Shown in pieces: positions 37,630 to 52,224 of a DNA stretch of 64,000 nt. Both the position numbers and the translations under genes were made by a program. This stretch comes from Negaprion brevirostris (Eukaryota): NCBI GenBank assembly GCA_030324005.1, contig JARDVH010000031.1, forward strand, positions 46,043,529-46,107,528. The letters run 5' to 3'. Position 1 is the stretch's first letter. Each line of letters starts with the position of its first letter. A model generated the notes under the pieces. It did no database searches. It saw only the letters and a program-made list of their open reading frames with translations, and was not told the origin of the DNA.

Positions 37630-38560
37630 CTGAGCATACTTAGCTGGACATGGGATGGGATATCTACATTGCTTGCAAAGGACTGTTGTCTAGAAAGATG
37701 TTTTGTTTTGGGAGTTAGGGCTAAATTAGTTTTAAAGCATTCAATGAACTTTGAAAGATTATGTCATCATGGAGCTGGGTGAAGGTTGAGAATGGTCTCT
37801 GGTTTCAATATATGTGTGTTTGGCGGGAGGGGAAAATAACCGCAGTTATAAATTTGTGCGGTTTGTAGATCATAAAGAAGCCCTGGGAGCCATCAGTGCA
37901 ATTAAGGCTCAGGAAATTTCCTGGGGAGTTAAAGTGGTGGCAGGTCACTGGTTCCATACTGGAGTGGGTGAGGGCTCAGAAGTAGCCCTGGGAGTCACTT
38001 ACAGCTCAGTTCAGCTTGGAAATGAAGTCTGGAGAAATTCTAAGGCAATGATAGCTTAGGTGAAGCCAGCAGTTTGCAAAAGCATTGTGAGTGAGCAGGT
38101 AATTAGAGATGGAGTTCAGCTTTGTGAATCCCATGAGTCACAATCTTAAGAGGATACATAACCATTGGCGGGGATAAGGGGGCAGTTGTCGAGGCAGACC
38201 GAGTCCAGTACCGTTTTATTGGAATTCAGAGGCTAGATCTTTAAAAGTGAAGAACTGAAATCCCTTGCGAGGGAGACAGATTTCTAATCAAGTTTTGTAG
38301 CTCTCAATGGCCACTGGTGGATTGCTGAGAAATCCACGATTTCTGTCTCCGTTGCATCTGCCCTGAATGTGCATTATGGTATGTTGAACCACAGCTGGCC
38401 TGTTACTTCAAATTTACCTGATGTTAATTGTTAATGTTAGAGTAAAAGAGTAAAATTGTTTTTAAACCATGGCATAGTGTGGTTTTATTCTCCTAGTGGG
38501 TTACTGGGATTTCAAACTTTGTCTACTTAAAACAAAACGTTACAGATCTCACTGAATTAT
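37630..38560. mobile_element. Possible LTR-like insertion
   Basis: Composition and ending resemble the 62674-63431 insert; no clear TSD. Confidence 0.3.
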
Positions 38561-39367
38561 AAACAATTTTAGTGGCTGATATCATCTTCATATTTGTGGT
38601 CAGAATTCCAATATCACATTTATCTCACTGACATTACTTGTATTTAGAAATGTGCCAAAATATCTATCCTTAAACACTTCAAATATATACAATTAAGAAT
38701 GGTAAATTAACTCCATGCAAACTGAAATGAAGAGAACCATGAGGTAACACCTGGTTAAAGGGCCATACAGTCAAGAACAGATAACCATAGCAACTTGCAG
38801 AACCTAGCTCCAGCTTGGCTAGAGATGTACTTAACTTGGCTAGATTAATTAACACAAATAAAACACAAGAGATATGAATCACTGTACTTGAAGTAGCTTA
38901 TTGTTGATAAGCAACTATTCCAGAGAAATGGTTCAAAATTAAATGGACTAAAATCCCCAACCAAGTAAGGAAGGGTATCCTTATTGCTCTGCAGTACTTT
39001 ACTGCTTTCCACCTGAATGCCGATTTACAGCTTGTTCCTAGAACTGCTGACCAGACGAGATAAAATTGTATTATACTACAGACTGGGGCCATCAGGATAT
39101 CTAATTGATTTCAACAACCCTAAGCAAACAATGTATATTAAGACTTTTATTAAGGGGTGAGTTTTTTTTTAAATTGTGAACTATATTGCACATTAAACAA
39201 AAAATTAAGTCATGTGATCCTCTAGTCCCATGATAGAAAGTAATTTTCCCAAATTTAGTAATTTATATTCACATAGCACCTTTAACATAATGAAACATAC
39301 CAAGGCCCTTCAACATGAGTATTATAAAACAAAGAATGACACTAAGCCATATGTGGGGATATCATCA

Positions 39368-39565
<198 letters not shown>

Positions 39566-40194
39566 TTAAATAGCTTTACTCTGTAAGAAAGTATTTTCTA
39601 TCAATGCTCCAACAAGGTTAGAAAATGAAATTTTAGATTATTTAAATAGAAAATATTTTAGATATTAAGATGCTAACCAAACAAATAACCAAAAATGTGA
39701 CTGTAAGTAATGTGAATTACTAAACAACTCCCCCCTCCTGCCAAATTCTACTCCCCCTTACCAGTTCTCCACTGTTACAGAAATGTGCTTAAAGTACAAG
39801 ATTAAAAAACTCATCGCTTCTATCACTCGTGTTTTATTTGAAAACTAAAGAGATAAGAAAATCAGATTTGGAGGTACATGCATAAAGCAATCTTCTCTCC
39901 TTTACCTCTCAATTGTGAACATAATTGAAATTAAAAGTGAGGTTTGCACACAATATTGCATTCATGAACCAGACTACATATTCAATGCAGAATTAGTTAT
40001 AATTTTTAAATATTCACACCTGGTAGAGCTGCAAGGTAACAAACTACAGAATTAAGTAAAGCAGCAATTCCTCATCTGAATCAGTTAATGGGATTTGTCA
40101 CAAAGTGGAGATAAGCCAGTTAAAATTTTCTATCATAAATGTTGATTACTTGGGTTTGGAGGAAGGAAATATATAAAAAGGCTTGCAAGACAAA

Positions 40195-40525
40195 CACAGA
40201 ACCAAGAACAAAAAATTATGGCACAGGAACAGGCTCTCCAAGCCTGCACCAAATATGCTGCCCATCTGAACTAAAACCCCCTAGCCTTCCAGGGACACTC
40301 TCTATTCCCATCCGATTGATATATTTGTCAAGATACCCTTAAAAGTCATTATTGTATCTGCTTCTACTACTTCCCCCCAGCAGCAAGATCCAGGCACCAC
40401 GGCCTTCTGTGTAAAAACACTTGCCTCATAACATCTCCTTGCTTCTTAAACCTATGCCCTCTAGTAATTGCCTCTTGCACCCTGGGGAAAAAGCTTTTGA
40501 CTATTCACTCTGTCCATACCCCTAA
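40195..40525 (-). mobile_element. CR1/HER1 3' end
   Basis: agaacaaaaaattatggcacaggaacaggc tail; same family as 41950 and 63706. Confidence 0.8.
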
Positions 40526-40799
40526 CCTGACCTTTGCACTTTTGAATTTGCAGACTTTCCCAATGCAAAATCATGTACAATCAAAGGGATTGCTAATGCA
40601 GGATTGAGTAACCATTTTCATAAGCTGCAAATTAATGTATGTAGTTGGGCTACAGATCACCATTACATCTATTACTTCACTGTTCCAATTTTGTCACATG
40701 GCTTGTCCACATCCAGCACTAAATGAGCAAAAATTTTCCCTAACTACTGGGGAGACCAAAAACAGTCTTCAGTTCCTGCGACAAGCTTCATATCCTAAC

Positions 40800-41720
40800 C
40801 ACCAAATTCCACCATCTCGCCACACATTTGTCTGAGGCTGGAGCAAACCATTCATAATCGTGACCTCCTTATTTGATGCAGTTCCAATCACATATCCGTT
40901 ATCAAAACTATCTAATTTCAGTTCCTTAAAACATCACCCATCTCCAGCCGTAATACTGCTCATCTGCTGCTCACACCCTCATCTTTGCTATCTCCATATT
41001 TGACATTTCTAATACTCCCCTGATCAGACTCCCATGTTTCCCGTGCTGGGTTGTTCTTTGTTTTCACATTCCATAAACTTGAGCTGATCCAAACCTACTG
41101 TTCATACTCTAACATGTACCAAGTTCCATTCACATGCTTATTGATATTGGGTCCTGGTCCTATGGTACCTTGTTTTAAAATACTTACCGCTTTGACAAAG
41201 GGTCATCTGGACTCGACATCAGTTCTTTTCTCACCTTACAGATGCTGCCAGACCTGCTGAGATCATTCAGCATTCTCTCTTTTGGTTTCAAATTCCTATT
41301 TGCTTCCACAGTAATTTGCTTTTATTTGAAATACTCATTCTGGTTTTCAAATACCTTCATGATCTTGCCCTTCTCATCTTTTTAAACTCCCTTAGACACA
41401 CGACATTCCAAGATCTGTACACTCCTCAAATTCTGCTTTCATCCACAACCCTGATTTTAATCAGTCCCCCAACGCTGACTATGTTTTCAATTGCCTAGGC
41501 CACAGGCTTAGGAATTTCTCCCCAAATCTCCCCACTTCCATAGTGCTCTCTTCTCCATGAAGACACTACTTAGAACCTACTTTGTCCATAATTTTAGTCA
41601 CCTAGCATAATGTGATATGTTCCTTGTGTGACTTGGTGTCAAATTTGGTTAATTATCACGTCCTTGAAGAATCTGAGAACATTTTACCATGTTAAAAGTA
41701 CTATGTAAATACAAGTTACT
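40800..41720 (+). mobile_element. L2 LINE 3' portion with an inserted Penelope-type terminal repeat (about 41190-41295)
   Basis: HKLELIQ, FEILILVFKYLHDLA, WNxLP-like, L2 tail gttaaaagtactatgtaaatacaagtt. Confidence 0.7.
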
Positions 41721-41949
41721 TTAAAATTGATCAGGATCGTTGTGCTTCTCCAACATTATCAGCTACCAAAGACACTATAGGTTTAAACATTATTCGGCTC
41801 CAAGTTTCTACTTCAATTTGGTTAAGTTTTAACATACCTCTTCAATTATATCAAAGCACATGGAGAGTAGAGAAAAACTGCCACTCTCTCCAGTCAGCAT
41901 CGTCTCAATACTTTACCGCAAAAACAAAATTTAAACAATCAAATCTACT

Positions 41950-44900
41950 AGAACAAAGAAAATTATAACACAGGAACAGGCCCTTCAGCCCTTCAAGCCT
42001 GCCCAGACCATGCTGCGCGACTGAACTAAAACCCCCTTCCTTCCAGGGACCATATCCCTCCATTCCCATCCTAGTCTTGTATTTATCAAGACGCCCCTTA
42101 AAACTCACTACTGTATCCGCTTCCACACTCTCCCCCAACNNNNNNNNNNNNNNNNNNNNNNNNNNNNNNNNNNNNNNNNNNNNNNNNNNNNNNNNNNNNN
42201 NNNNNNNNNNNNNNNNNNNNNNNNNNNNNNNNNNNNNNNNNNNNNNNNNNNNNNNNNNNNNNNNNNNNNNNNNNNNNNNNNNNNNNNNNNNNNNNNNNNN
42301 NNNNNNNNNNNNNNNNNNNNNNNNNNNNNNNNNNNNNNNNNNNNNNNNNNNNNNNNNNNNNNNNNNNNNNNNNNNNNNNNNNNNNNNNNNNNNNNNNNNN
42401 NNNNNNNNNNNNNNNNNNNNNNNNNNNNNNNNNNNNNNNNNNNNNNNNNNNNNNNNNNNNNNNNNNNNNNNNNNNNNNNNNNNNNNNNNNNNNNNNNNNN
42501 NNNNNNNNNNNNNNNNNNNNNNNNNNNNNNNNNNNNNNNNNNNNNNNNNNNNNNNNNNNNNNNNNNNNNNNNNNNNNNNNNNNNNNNNNNNNNNNNNNNN
42601 NNNNNNNNNNNNNNNNNNNNNNNNNNNNNNNNNNNNNNNNNNNNNNNNNNNNNNNNNNNNNNNNNNNNNNNNNNNNNNNNNNNNNNNNNNNNNNNNNNNN
42701 NNNNNNNNNNNNNNNNNNNNNNNNNNNNNNNNNNNNNNNNNNNNNNNNNNNNNNNNNNNNNNNNNNNNNNNNNNNNNNNNNNNNNNNNNNNNNNNNNNNN
42801 NNNNNNNNNNNNNNNNNNNNNNNNNNNNNNNNNNNNNNNNNNNNNNNNNNNNNNNNNNNNNNNNNNNNNNNNNNNNNNNNNNNNNNNNNNNNNNNNNNNN
42901 NNNNNNNNNNNNNNNNNNNNNNNNNNNNNNNNNNNNNNNNNNNNNNNNNNNNNNNNNNNNNNNNNNNNNNNNNNNNNNNNNNNNNNNNNNNNNNNNNNNN
43001 NNNNNNNNNNNNNNNNNNNNNNNNNNNNNNNNNNNNNNNNNNNNNNNNNNNNNNNNNNNNNNNNNNNNNNNNNNNNNNNATCTTTCCACTGCTACCCTCT
43101 GTTTTCTTTGACCTCCTTTTTAGTCTCAACATGGCTCAAACTATATACATATCCTTTCCCAGACTCAGCATCCACCAAGTCCTTCTCTTTATGAATACTG
43201 ATGCAAAGTACTCATTTAATACCTTGCCCATTTCCTCTGACTCCACACATAGACTCCCCCCCTTGTCCTTGAGTGGGCCAACCCTCTCCCTGGCTACCCT
43301 CTTACTCTTTACACGTGTGTAAAAAGCCATGGGACTTTCCTTAATCCTGCTGGCCAATGCTTTTTTGTGATCTCTTTTAATCCTCCTTATTCCTTGCTTA
43401 AGTTTCTTTCTACTTTCCTTGTATTCTACACTTGCTTCATGTGTTCCCAGCCTTCTAGCTCTGACAAATGCTTCCTTTTTTTCTTTGAGCAGGCTCACAA
43501 TATCTCTCGTTATTCAAGGTTCCAAAAACTTGCCATACCTATCCTTCATCCTTGCAGGAATGTGCCAGTCCTGAATCCTATCAGCGTACACTTGAAAGCC
43601 TCCCACATGCCAAATGTTGATATACCCTCAAACATCTGCCCCCAATCTACATTCTTCAATTCCTTCCCAATATTGTTGTAATTTGCCTTTCCCCAAATTA
43701 GCACCTTTACTTGAGGACTACACTTATCTTTATCCAGCAGTACCTTAAAGCTTACTGAATTATGGTCACCTGTTCCTGCTCTCCTACTGAAACATCGACC
43801 ACCTGGCTGGGCTCATTCCCAATACCAGGTCCAGTCTGGCCCCTTTCCTAGTTGGACTATCTACATACTGTTTTAAGAAGCCCTCCTGAATGCTCCTTAC
43901 AAACTTTGCTCCATCCACACCCCTAGCACTAAGTGAGTTCCAATCAACATAGGGTTGTTGTGGTGGGAGACTTCCCCTGTTACTTTTACTCCTTGCCAAA
44001 ATCTGCCTACACATCTGTTCCTCTAGCTCCCGCTGGCAGTTAGGTGGCCTCTAGTAAACCCCCGACATTGTGACTACACCTTTCCTACTCCTGACCTATT
44101 AGGCCTTCCAAAATGCATTACCTCACATTTGTCTGGATTAAATTCCATCTGCCATCTCTCCGCCCAAGTCTCCAACTGATCTATATCCTGCTATATCTTT
44201 TGACGGTCCTCATTGCTATCTGCAAATCCACCAACCTTTGTGTCGTCCGCAAACTTACTAATCAAACCAGTTACATTTTCCTCCAAATTATTTATATATT
44301 TTACAAATAGCAACAGTCCCAGCACTGATCTCTGAGGAACGCCACGTCACAGCTCTCCATTCAGAAACTCATCTTTCCACTGCTAGCCTCTGTTNNNNNN
44401 NNNNNNNNNNNNNNNNNNNNNNNNNNNNNNNNNNNNNNNNNNNNNNNNNNNNNNNNNNNNNNNNNNNNNNNNNNNNNNNNNNNNNNCAAACTAGTATGAA
44501 TTCTCCCATGTGACTCTAGCAAACCTCCCAGCCAGAATACTTATGCCCTTCCAGTTTAGATGCAACCCGTCCTCCTTGTACAGGTCCCATCGGCCCCGGA
44601 AGGGACTCCAATGGTCCAGATATTGGAAACACTCCCTCCTACTCCAGCTACGTGTTGAGCTGCACTATCTTTCTATTCCTAGCCTCACCAGCACATGGCA
44701 CAGGAATCCTGAAATTACAACCTCAAGGTCCTGCTATTTAACTTTCTACCTAACTTCCTAAACTGCTGCTGCAGGACCTCATCACTCCTCCTACCTATTA
44801 GTACCAATACGTACCACAACCTCTAGCTTTTCACCCTCTCCCTTCAGAATGCTTTCCGACCGTTCAGAGACATCCTGAACCCTGGCATCAGGGAGGCAAC

Positions 44901-45100
44901 ATACCATCCTGGAATCTCTTTCATGTCCATAGAAACACCTACCTGCACCCCTAACTACAGAATCCCCTATAACTATTGCTCTACTGCTCTTTGTCCCGAC
45001 CTGCTTAACAGCAGAGCCAGTTGTGCCAGTAGTAGATTTGGCTGCTGCTACTGTTATCCCCTGATAGCTCATCTCCCCTAATAGCATCCAAAACAGTATA
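41950..45100 (-). mobile_element. Relatively young CR1 LINE (ORF1 esterase, APE, RT pieces, 3' end), gapped and rearranged
   Basis: RAIVIGDSVVRG..MVCCLPDARVQDVSER; FLKQYVDSPTRKGARLDLVLG; KSKRVARERVGPLKD; ISKFADDTKVGG; 3' tail at 41950. Confidence 0.9.
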
Positions 45101-48100
45101 TTTGCTAAATCCTACTTTCATCAGTTTCCAGATTACCTTAAACAGGAATCTAAAACAGACTGAAAGAGTCTACTGAGAACGACAGCAAAGCACTTCTGAA
45201 TTCATATCGGACTTGAAATATTGACTATTCCTCTCTCCACAGATGTTGCCAGACTTGCTGAGTTTTCCAGCATTTTTTGTTTTTATATCTGCTGAGAATG
45301 TTAGTTTCAATCCATGCCATCAAGTCATAAAAAAGGCATCCTAAAGTTCTGACATTCAATACACATTATTCTAATGCCATCTGACAATACTGGAAAGAAC
45401 ATTTCTAATGACTCCTCAACCATGAATCCACAGAGGCAGCTGACAGCCTGGCATGTAACATCCAGTAGTTTGTAGAAGTGGGTGAGCCATCATCGATGGG
45501 AGAGTTGCAACAAGCAATCAAATGGATGACAATTCTCCAGCTAAGCAGCGTTTTATAATGGTTTTAGCAGAACTCCCTTGCTTTTGTGCGCTATTCTAAT
45601 ATTAATAAAATCAAGAAGCTCATCTGCGTTTTATCTGAAAAAACCTCTCAGCTTGCCTATCACTTTCAAAAATTTGAGTACATACATTCTCAGGTCAATT
45701 CTTCTGCCCCTTTAAATTGTACCATTTAGTTTGTATCAGCTCTCCTCATTCTGCCCACCAAATGTATTAGATAAGAACACGAGTTAGTTTACAAGTGTAT
45801 ATACAGGTAACCGTCCACAAATTGGTTGTTGCATAATATATAATTCTCATGAGTACAACACAAAAAAAACCTAAGCTTGACATTTTTTCACATTTAAAAA
45901 CAACATTAGACAGAGGTTCATTTCTCTGCTCTTCTCCAAATCAGACATAATGGTAAGATTGTTCTAACAAGAATTATTTTTTATATATAGCTTTTTTAAA
46001 AACTGCATTTTTTTCATTGCTGCATTTTACACAACTAATAACCCAATATCTCAGCACTTCAACAGAGAATAGTGAAGACAAAGCCTTCCTTTAAATTACT
46101 TTATCTAATAGTTAATCCTGTATCTGTTCAGAATCCACACTGGCATTGAAAAACAGCAGAATGGTACAACATGGATCTCATTAGACTTTAACCTCCAAGC
46201 CAAGTTATGAATAGTAAATGAACAAGTGAATTACACTAGTTGAAAGTTACAGACTTTTATATTGATTAAGCTCAATTAACGTATCTAGGAGGAAAAAAGT
46301 TTGCAATTCTTTCTTTAATTAATTTTAATTAATCTTATGAATGAATGTTTCCATTTCTCATCACTTCAATGGATGTCATTTTTTAAAAATCTTCAAACTC
46401 CAAGACAGACTGTAAAGACTCCAGATAAAAATTAAATGATCTGAAAAGTCCCAACTCATAAACATCTACATAATTAACAGTATTTAAGTTTATATCTGAT
46501 TTAAAAGCAGTTGACAATCAGAGACATAGCTGAACCACTCTGCACATGTTTGAATTGAATAAATTCACTTCCCCTTCTAGTAGTAAAGTGTCTGTAAAGT
46601 GTCAGTCTAGTAAACTGTCCGACCAACTGGTCATTAAAATATTATAATGAGTTAAGCTGGGACCTGATTTCTGTGCAGCAAATTGGTTTGTAAACTCGCA
46701 GACATTAAAAGGGAGACAATACTGAGCTAAGTCTTAACCAAAATGCTTCATTTATATTGTAAAGAAATGTTTGCTTATTAGGCAAACTTTGATTAGTAGC
46801 TTACTACGACAACATTGTGTTCTATTAACCAAGACTATGGCTGCTAAAACATAGCAAGAATTGAAATAACTGTNNNNNNNNNNNNNNNNNNNNNNNNNNN
46901 NNNNNNNNNNNNNNNNNNNNNNNNNNNNNNNNNNNNNNNNNNNNNNNNNNNNNNNNNNNNNNNNNNNNNNNNNCATAGCAAGAATTGAAATAACTGTAAA
47001 TCTTATCAGAATACAGTATGCCCTTCAACACATTTTATTTTATCATACATTTCATGACAAATCTGCTGGACCACAGTTATTGTGGGGATACAGCACCATT
47101 CCCCAACAGAAAAGTAATGAATGTCGAGTGCATTCAAGATCATTGAGTAATATGTTCTAGAATCAAGAAGAGGACAACCATACCAGATTTTGTAATGAAC
47201 CAGATTTAGTTAATAATCTAACACTAAGGGAATATTTAATTAACAGTCGTCATAATATGACTGAATTAACCCATAGATTCAAAAAGGAAAAACTTAACAT
47301 TTACTAAGATTATAGATTTTGGCAAGCCTAACATTAATGTGCTGACAGGCACCAACGACAGCAAACTGGTTCAAATTGTTACTGGATATTACTAAAGCAG
47401 AAGGGTGGGAAATGCTTGAAGATAATTTTAGCAGGAACAATATGCACTCTTAAAAAGTAAAGACCTCTAATTAGCAAATCAAATAGCCATGGTTGACAAA
47501 ACCAGAGAGATAGAATATGAAACTTAACTAAGACAGCAAACGTTGCACAGAAGAATGTGAAAATAGACAAGAAAAATATCAAGGTTAACAAAAAGTTTTT
47601 ACAACTGCAGTAGAAAATAACGTAGTCAAGGGCAATATAAGTCCTTTTAAAAACAAATTGAGTTAATATTATTTATGATACAAAGAAAAAGCAACTTGGC
47701 AGATATTTACTTTGTATAAATCTTCACAGAAGGAAGGGATAACATAGCAGGAAATTAATAATGAATCAAGGACAGATATTCTTCATATAAACAAAAAAAA
47801 AATCACAAATAATGAAAACGAATAAAACAATCCCCAGGACCTAATGATTTATATTTCAGAGTTTTAAAAGGAAGATGGTGAGCACATTTCTTCCATTTTG
47901 CCCATAATTGTTCCAAGCTCTCAATTCAGGAATTGTCCCTGTAGGTTGAAAAATTGCAAATAACTCATTCATAAAGAGAGATGGGGAGAAAAAAAAAATC
48001 AGGGTATTATAGAGCTGTTAGTCTAACACATATTGTGGGAAAAGTTATTGGAATCTATAATTAAGGACAGTGATTGAATACTTGAGAAATTTGGGCCGAT

Positions 48101-48412
48101 TACCTATGCTTAGCTAATGCACATGAGCTGTGTTAGCTGAAATTAAAGCTTATAGAATTGAAACTGAACTACTGGCCTAGTGAGAGACAGTAGAGATAAT
48201 GGGGCATGTATCTACATTGAAAGGAGCTGCTTAGGGGTATGACACAATGATCTGTGCTGGAGTACCTACTATTCGCTATATTTATTCATAACTTAGCACA
48301 ATACTGAACCATATATCCAAGCCTGCGAATGACAATGACAAGACCATCAATTACAAAGAAACACTGATAAAGTGGGAAAATTGTAACAGATAGATTTCGA
48401 TGCAAGGATTAT

Positions 48413-48755
48413 TTAGAATCATAACTCTACAGTGCAGAAAGAGGCCCTTCAGCCCATCAAGTCTGCACCAAACACAATCCCACCCAGGCCCTACCTCCAT
48501 ATCCTTACATATTATACCACTAATCCCTCTAACCTACACATCCCTGGACACTAGGGGGCAATTTCTTAGCATGGCCAATCAACCTAACCCACACATCTTC
48601 GGACTGTCGGAGGAAACCGGAGTACCCAGAGGAAACCAGTGCAGGCACGAGGAGAATGTGCAAACTCCACACAGGCATGACCCGAGCCGGGAACTGAACC
48701 CAGGACCCTGGAGCTGTGAAGCAGCAGTGCTAACCACTGTGCTACCATGCTGCCA
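48413..48755 (-). mobile_element. Full-length HE1-type V-SINE
   Basis: tRNA head ggcagcatggtagcacagtggttagcac, V-domain, CR1-like tail. Confidence 0.9.
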
Positions 48756-49444
48756 TTTCATCCATTTGAAATCAAAAATAAATATGAATACAACTTAATG
48801 GTGAAAAACTAGGAAGAGAGGAGGATCAGACAGATGTAGGAGTCTATGTGCACACATGACCAAAATACTANNNNNNNNNNNNNNNNNNNNNNNNNNNNNN
48901 NNNNNNNNNNNNNNNNNNNNNNNNNNNNNNNNNNNNNNNNNNNNNNNNNNNNNNNNNNNNNNNNNNNNNNAAATACTACACAAGTCAGTACACAAAAACA
49001 ACAAACAGGTTAACAGAATGTTAGTCTTTGTAACTAGAGGACTAGCTATACGAGAAGAGGAAATTTTGCAATGGCTAGGCAAAGTCCTGATTATATCCTA
49101 TCTGGAATGCCTTCGTACAGTTGTGAATTCTGCACCATAAATGATACACTAACCTTAGAAAAGAATACATCACATGTTGACCAGAATGTCACCAGAGATA
49201 ACATATGGGAAGAGATTACATAAAATAGGCTTGTATTCCTGGAATATAGCAAGATAAGGATGACTTGGTCAAGGTTTTCAGAGATTTGAAAGGAATTGAG
49301 AGGATAGCTAGTGAGAAAAGTTTCCATAGTTGGGGAGTCTAGTACAAGAGCACATAATCTTAAAATTAGTGCCAATTTTAGGAAGTTAGGAAGCATTTCC
49401 ACACACATAAAGGTGGTTGAGTTGTGCCACCATTTTACAAAAGA

Positions 49445-49730
49445 CATAAAATCCCTACAGCATGGAAGGAGGCCGTTCAGCCAATTGAACCTGCACCAAC
49501 AACAATCCCAGCCAGGCCCTATCCCCGTAAACCCACATATTCTTCCTGCTTATCACACTGACACTAAGGAGTCATTTTGCATGGCCAATCTACCTAAACT
49601 GCTTAATTTTGGTGTGTGGGAGGAGATTGGAGCACCCAAAGGAAACCCACACAGACATGGGAAGAACATGCAAACTCCACACAGACTGTGACCTGAGGCC
49701 AGAATTGAATCTAGGTCCCTGGCACTGTAA
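49445..49730 (-). mobile_element. HE1-type V-SINE
   Basis: V-domain and tail similar to the 48413 copy. Confidence 0.85.
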
Positions 49731-50625
49731 GGCTTCATATTGCTCAACTAAATTTAAATTGTAAACTGATTTGTCTTCTTCTAAACCAGGATACAATTGG
49801 GTATGGTGTCAAGGCAGGTGGATAGAGCTAGGACCCAATACTGGTATAATTTCATTGAATGGAAGCACAGGCTTTAAGCGTTGAAGGGCCTACTCCTCTG
49901 CTTCTATTCCTATTGTTGGGGGCCAGGATTTGAAATCCCATGAGGCAATTTGACCTCAGCTAAAAATGGATATACCCTGCGTCCCCTTTAATTTTTATCC
50001 CTCATTACTTTATTTTTCCATTTTTACACATTTACTTATTATCCTTAGCAATTCATAAGGTTACTGAAGAAATGTTAACTATACTGTACCAAGGAACGTG
50101 TATGTTAGTAGATGGATGCTTGAGAGTGGGAGAGGTACTTTGTGGCAATGTCCCAAGGATCAGTATTGTTTAACAGGGAAGGTTTATCAGGACAAGGGAT
50201 GAGGGACTGTTATTGAGGGAGGTCAGAAAATTTAGGACTATTTCCCTTGGGACTGGGAAGATAACCTCATTGTGAAAACCGCTTGGTCTTGATAGATGGA
50301 AAAACGCTTCCCTTTGGTGACCGTATCATTAACCAGAAATCAGAGATAAAATCATTACCAAAAGATCGAAAGGAAAGATGAGCAGAAATTTTTCCATTCA
50401 AGATTGGTAGGATCTGAAATGCCTGACCATGAAATATGATGGCAGCTGAGTCCATGAATAACTTTTTAAAAGGAGTTTGGCAGACTCTTGAGGATGAAGT
50501 TCTTTCAGGGTTACCAAGATAAAGCATGGTTACGAGACTACAAACAAAACTGCTCTTTCACAGAAGTCAGGGCATGCATGACATGCCATGTGGCCTCCTT
50601 TAAGCTGTACGTTTTAATGATTCTA

Positions 50626-50849
50626 GGTAAAGTCATCATAGTCTCAGATGATGATAGGTTGCTCTGAGACAGAGAGCTGACTCGTGGTGATTTAACCTGA
50701 GGGTCACCATACCTCAAGTGAGGGGCAAGGTTGAGATGGCAGGCCTTCATGAATAACCTCAGCCATTATGGGAACCGAACCCATGCTTTTAGCATCTCTG
50801 CATCACAAGCCAGCTGTCCAGCTAAGCTAAACGAACGCACCCCCCCTTC
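50626..50849 (-). mobile_element. tRNA-derived SINE (non-HE1) inserted into a CR1 tail
   Basis: A-box-like ttagcttagctgg, B-box ggttcggttccc; flanks aatgattcta / aacgattcta. Confidence 0.65.
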
Positions 50850-52224
50850 AACGATTCTATGAACATGGTAACATTCTATGTTTTAGTCTCAGTTACCCAG
50901 AGTTGAAGCATGAATTCAAACAGAAAATAAATAATGTGACTGAACACATTGACGAAGGAAGTGCCGTGGACGTGGTGTACATGGACTTCAGCAAGGCGTT
51001 TGATAAGNNNNNNNNNNNNNNNNNNNNNNNNNNNNNNNNNNNNNNNNNNNNNNNNNNNNNNNNNNNNNNNNNNNNNNNNNNNNNNNNNNNNNNNNNNNNN
51101 NNNNNNNCTCTCTTCTGTTTAACCAGACGATGATTTCAAGTCTACCTTCTCATCAACTGCAGATCCTTTAAAAATTCTCAGCTTTGAAAAGCTCCATTGT
51201 CAAGTATTTAGTTTTCTAGGGTAAAAAGTTCCAAAGATTCATAGCCCTCAGTGAAGATAGTTCTCATCTCAATCCAAAAATGCTGACCCCTTACCCAAGA
51301 GGATACCCACTAACTCTAGATTCTTCTGCCAAAGTAAACAACATCTCAGCATCTACACTCTAAAATATACCATGCATTGAAAAAAATGCTATTGTGCCAA
51401 ATTATTTGACATACCTATCTACAAAAGTAACAATTTAAATTAATATATTGTGAACTCTATAGGTTTGTCATTTTCTTCCATAAACAATTAAGTTCCTTTA
51501 AAAGAATGTGTTAACTTTTGTTTGGTAACATTCCTATGAAGCACTTTAAGATGTTTGACCATGTTAAAACTGTTACATAATTGAAGTTGTGTATGTGTAC
51601 CCAAGTCTGAAAATAATTGAGCTAGAATTAAAGCAGTGAAATCATCAGATTAATCAGCATTTTAAAAATAAATGATACCTTCTCATTTCAGGAAAAAATA
51701 TTTTCCTCTTGTTGCTGATAGGCCTATTCTATACTGCAGCATTTTCATGTTTCATATTTCAGATTTTAAGTATTACAATGTGTCCTTTTGGTCATTACTC
51801 CTGAATTTTGGGGTGCTTAAACTGTAATTTTAGCACTTTTGCTTTACATAAAAACTTAAGCTGCAGCATATCCAAGTAAGCAAAGATCTACACTGGGCAA
51901 AATCAAAATTCAAGCCAGAGAGGTTCTGCCTAGCTACAACCGATACCAACCAAATCTGTATTGTAAATACACAACAAAAGTAGTGTAGCTGCTTGAAGTA
52001 CACCAAATTGTACTCCAGCATCCATACTCAAGAAGTTAGTTTAAAGATGTATCACACAAATCCAAATTGATTTCACATTTCTTTGAATAGATAATTGTTC
52101 ACTAAATATCACAGTCAATTATAAGATGCTGAATCAGCTCAATCTGAGGATGACTTACAAGTTCAAACTAGCAAGTTGCAGGCACTTTTGTAATGTAACA
52201 GCTTGTGACACAGATAGTACAACC

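Larger units (their letters stand above)
47100..49910 (+). mobile_element. Heavily decayed CR1 ORF2 with nested SINEs
   Basis: Remnants of PGPNDLY.RVLK, YRAVSLT, GSVL, ANDND; tail gaagggcctactcctctgc. Confidence 0.65.

Noticed and set aside
41905-43132. ORFs of 344-394 aa
   Set aside because: Mostly N gap within a CR1 element
46850-46997. Direct repeat catagcaagaattgaaataactgt
   Set aside because: Flanks a 100-N gap; probable unmerged contig overlap
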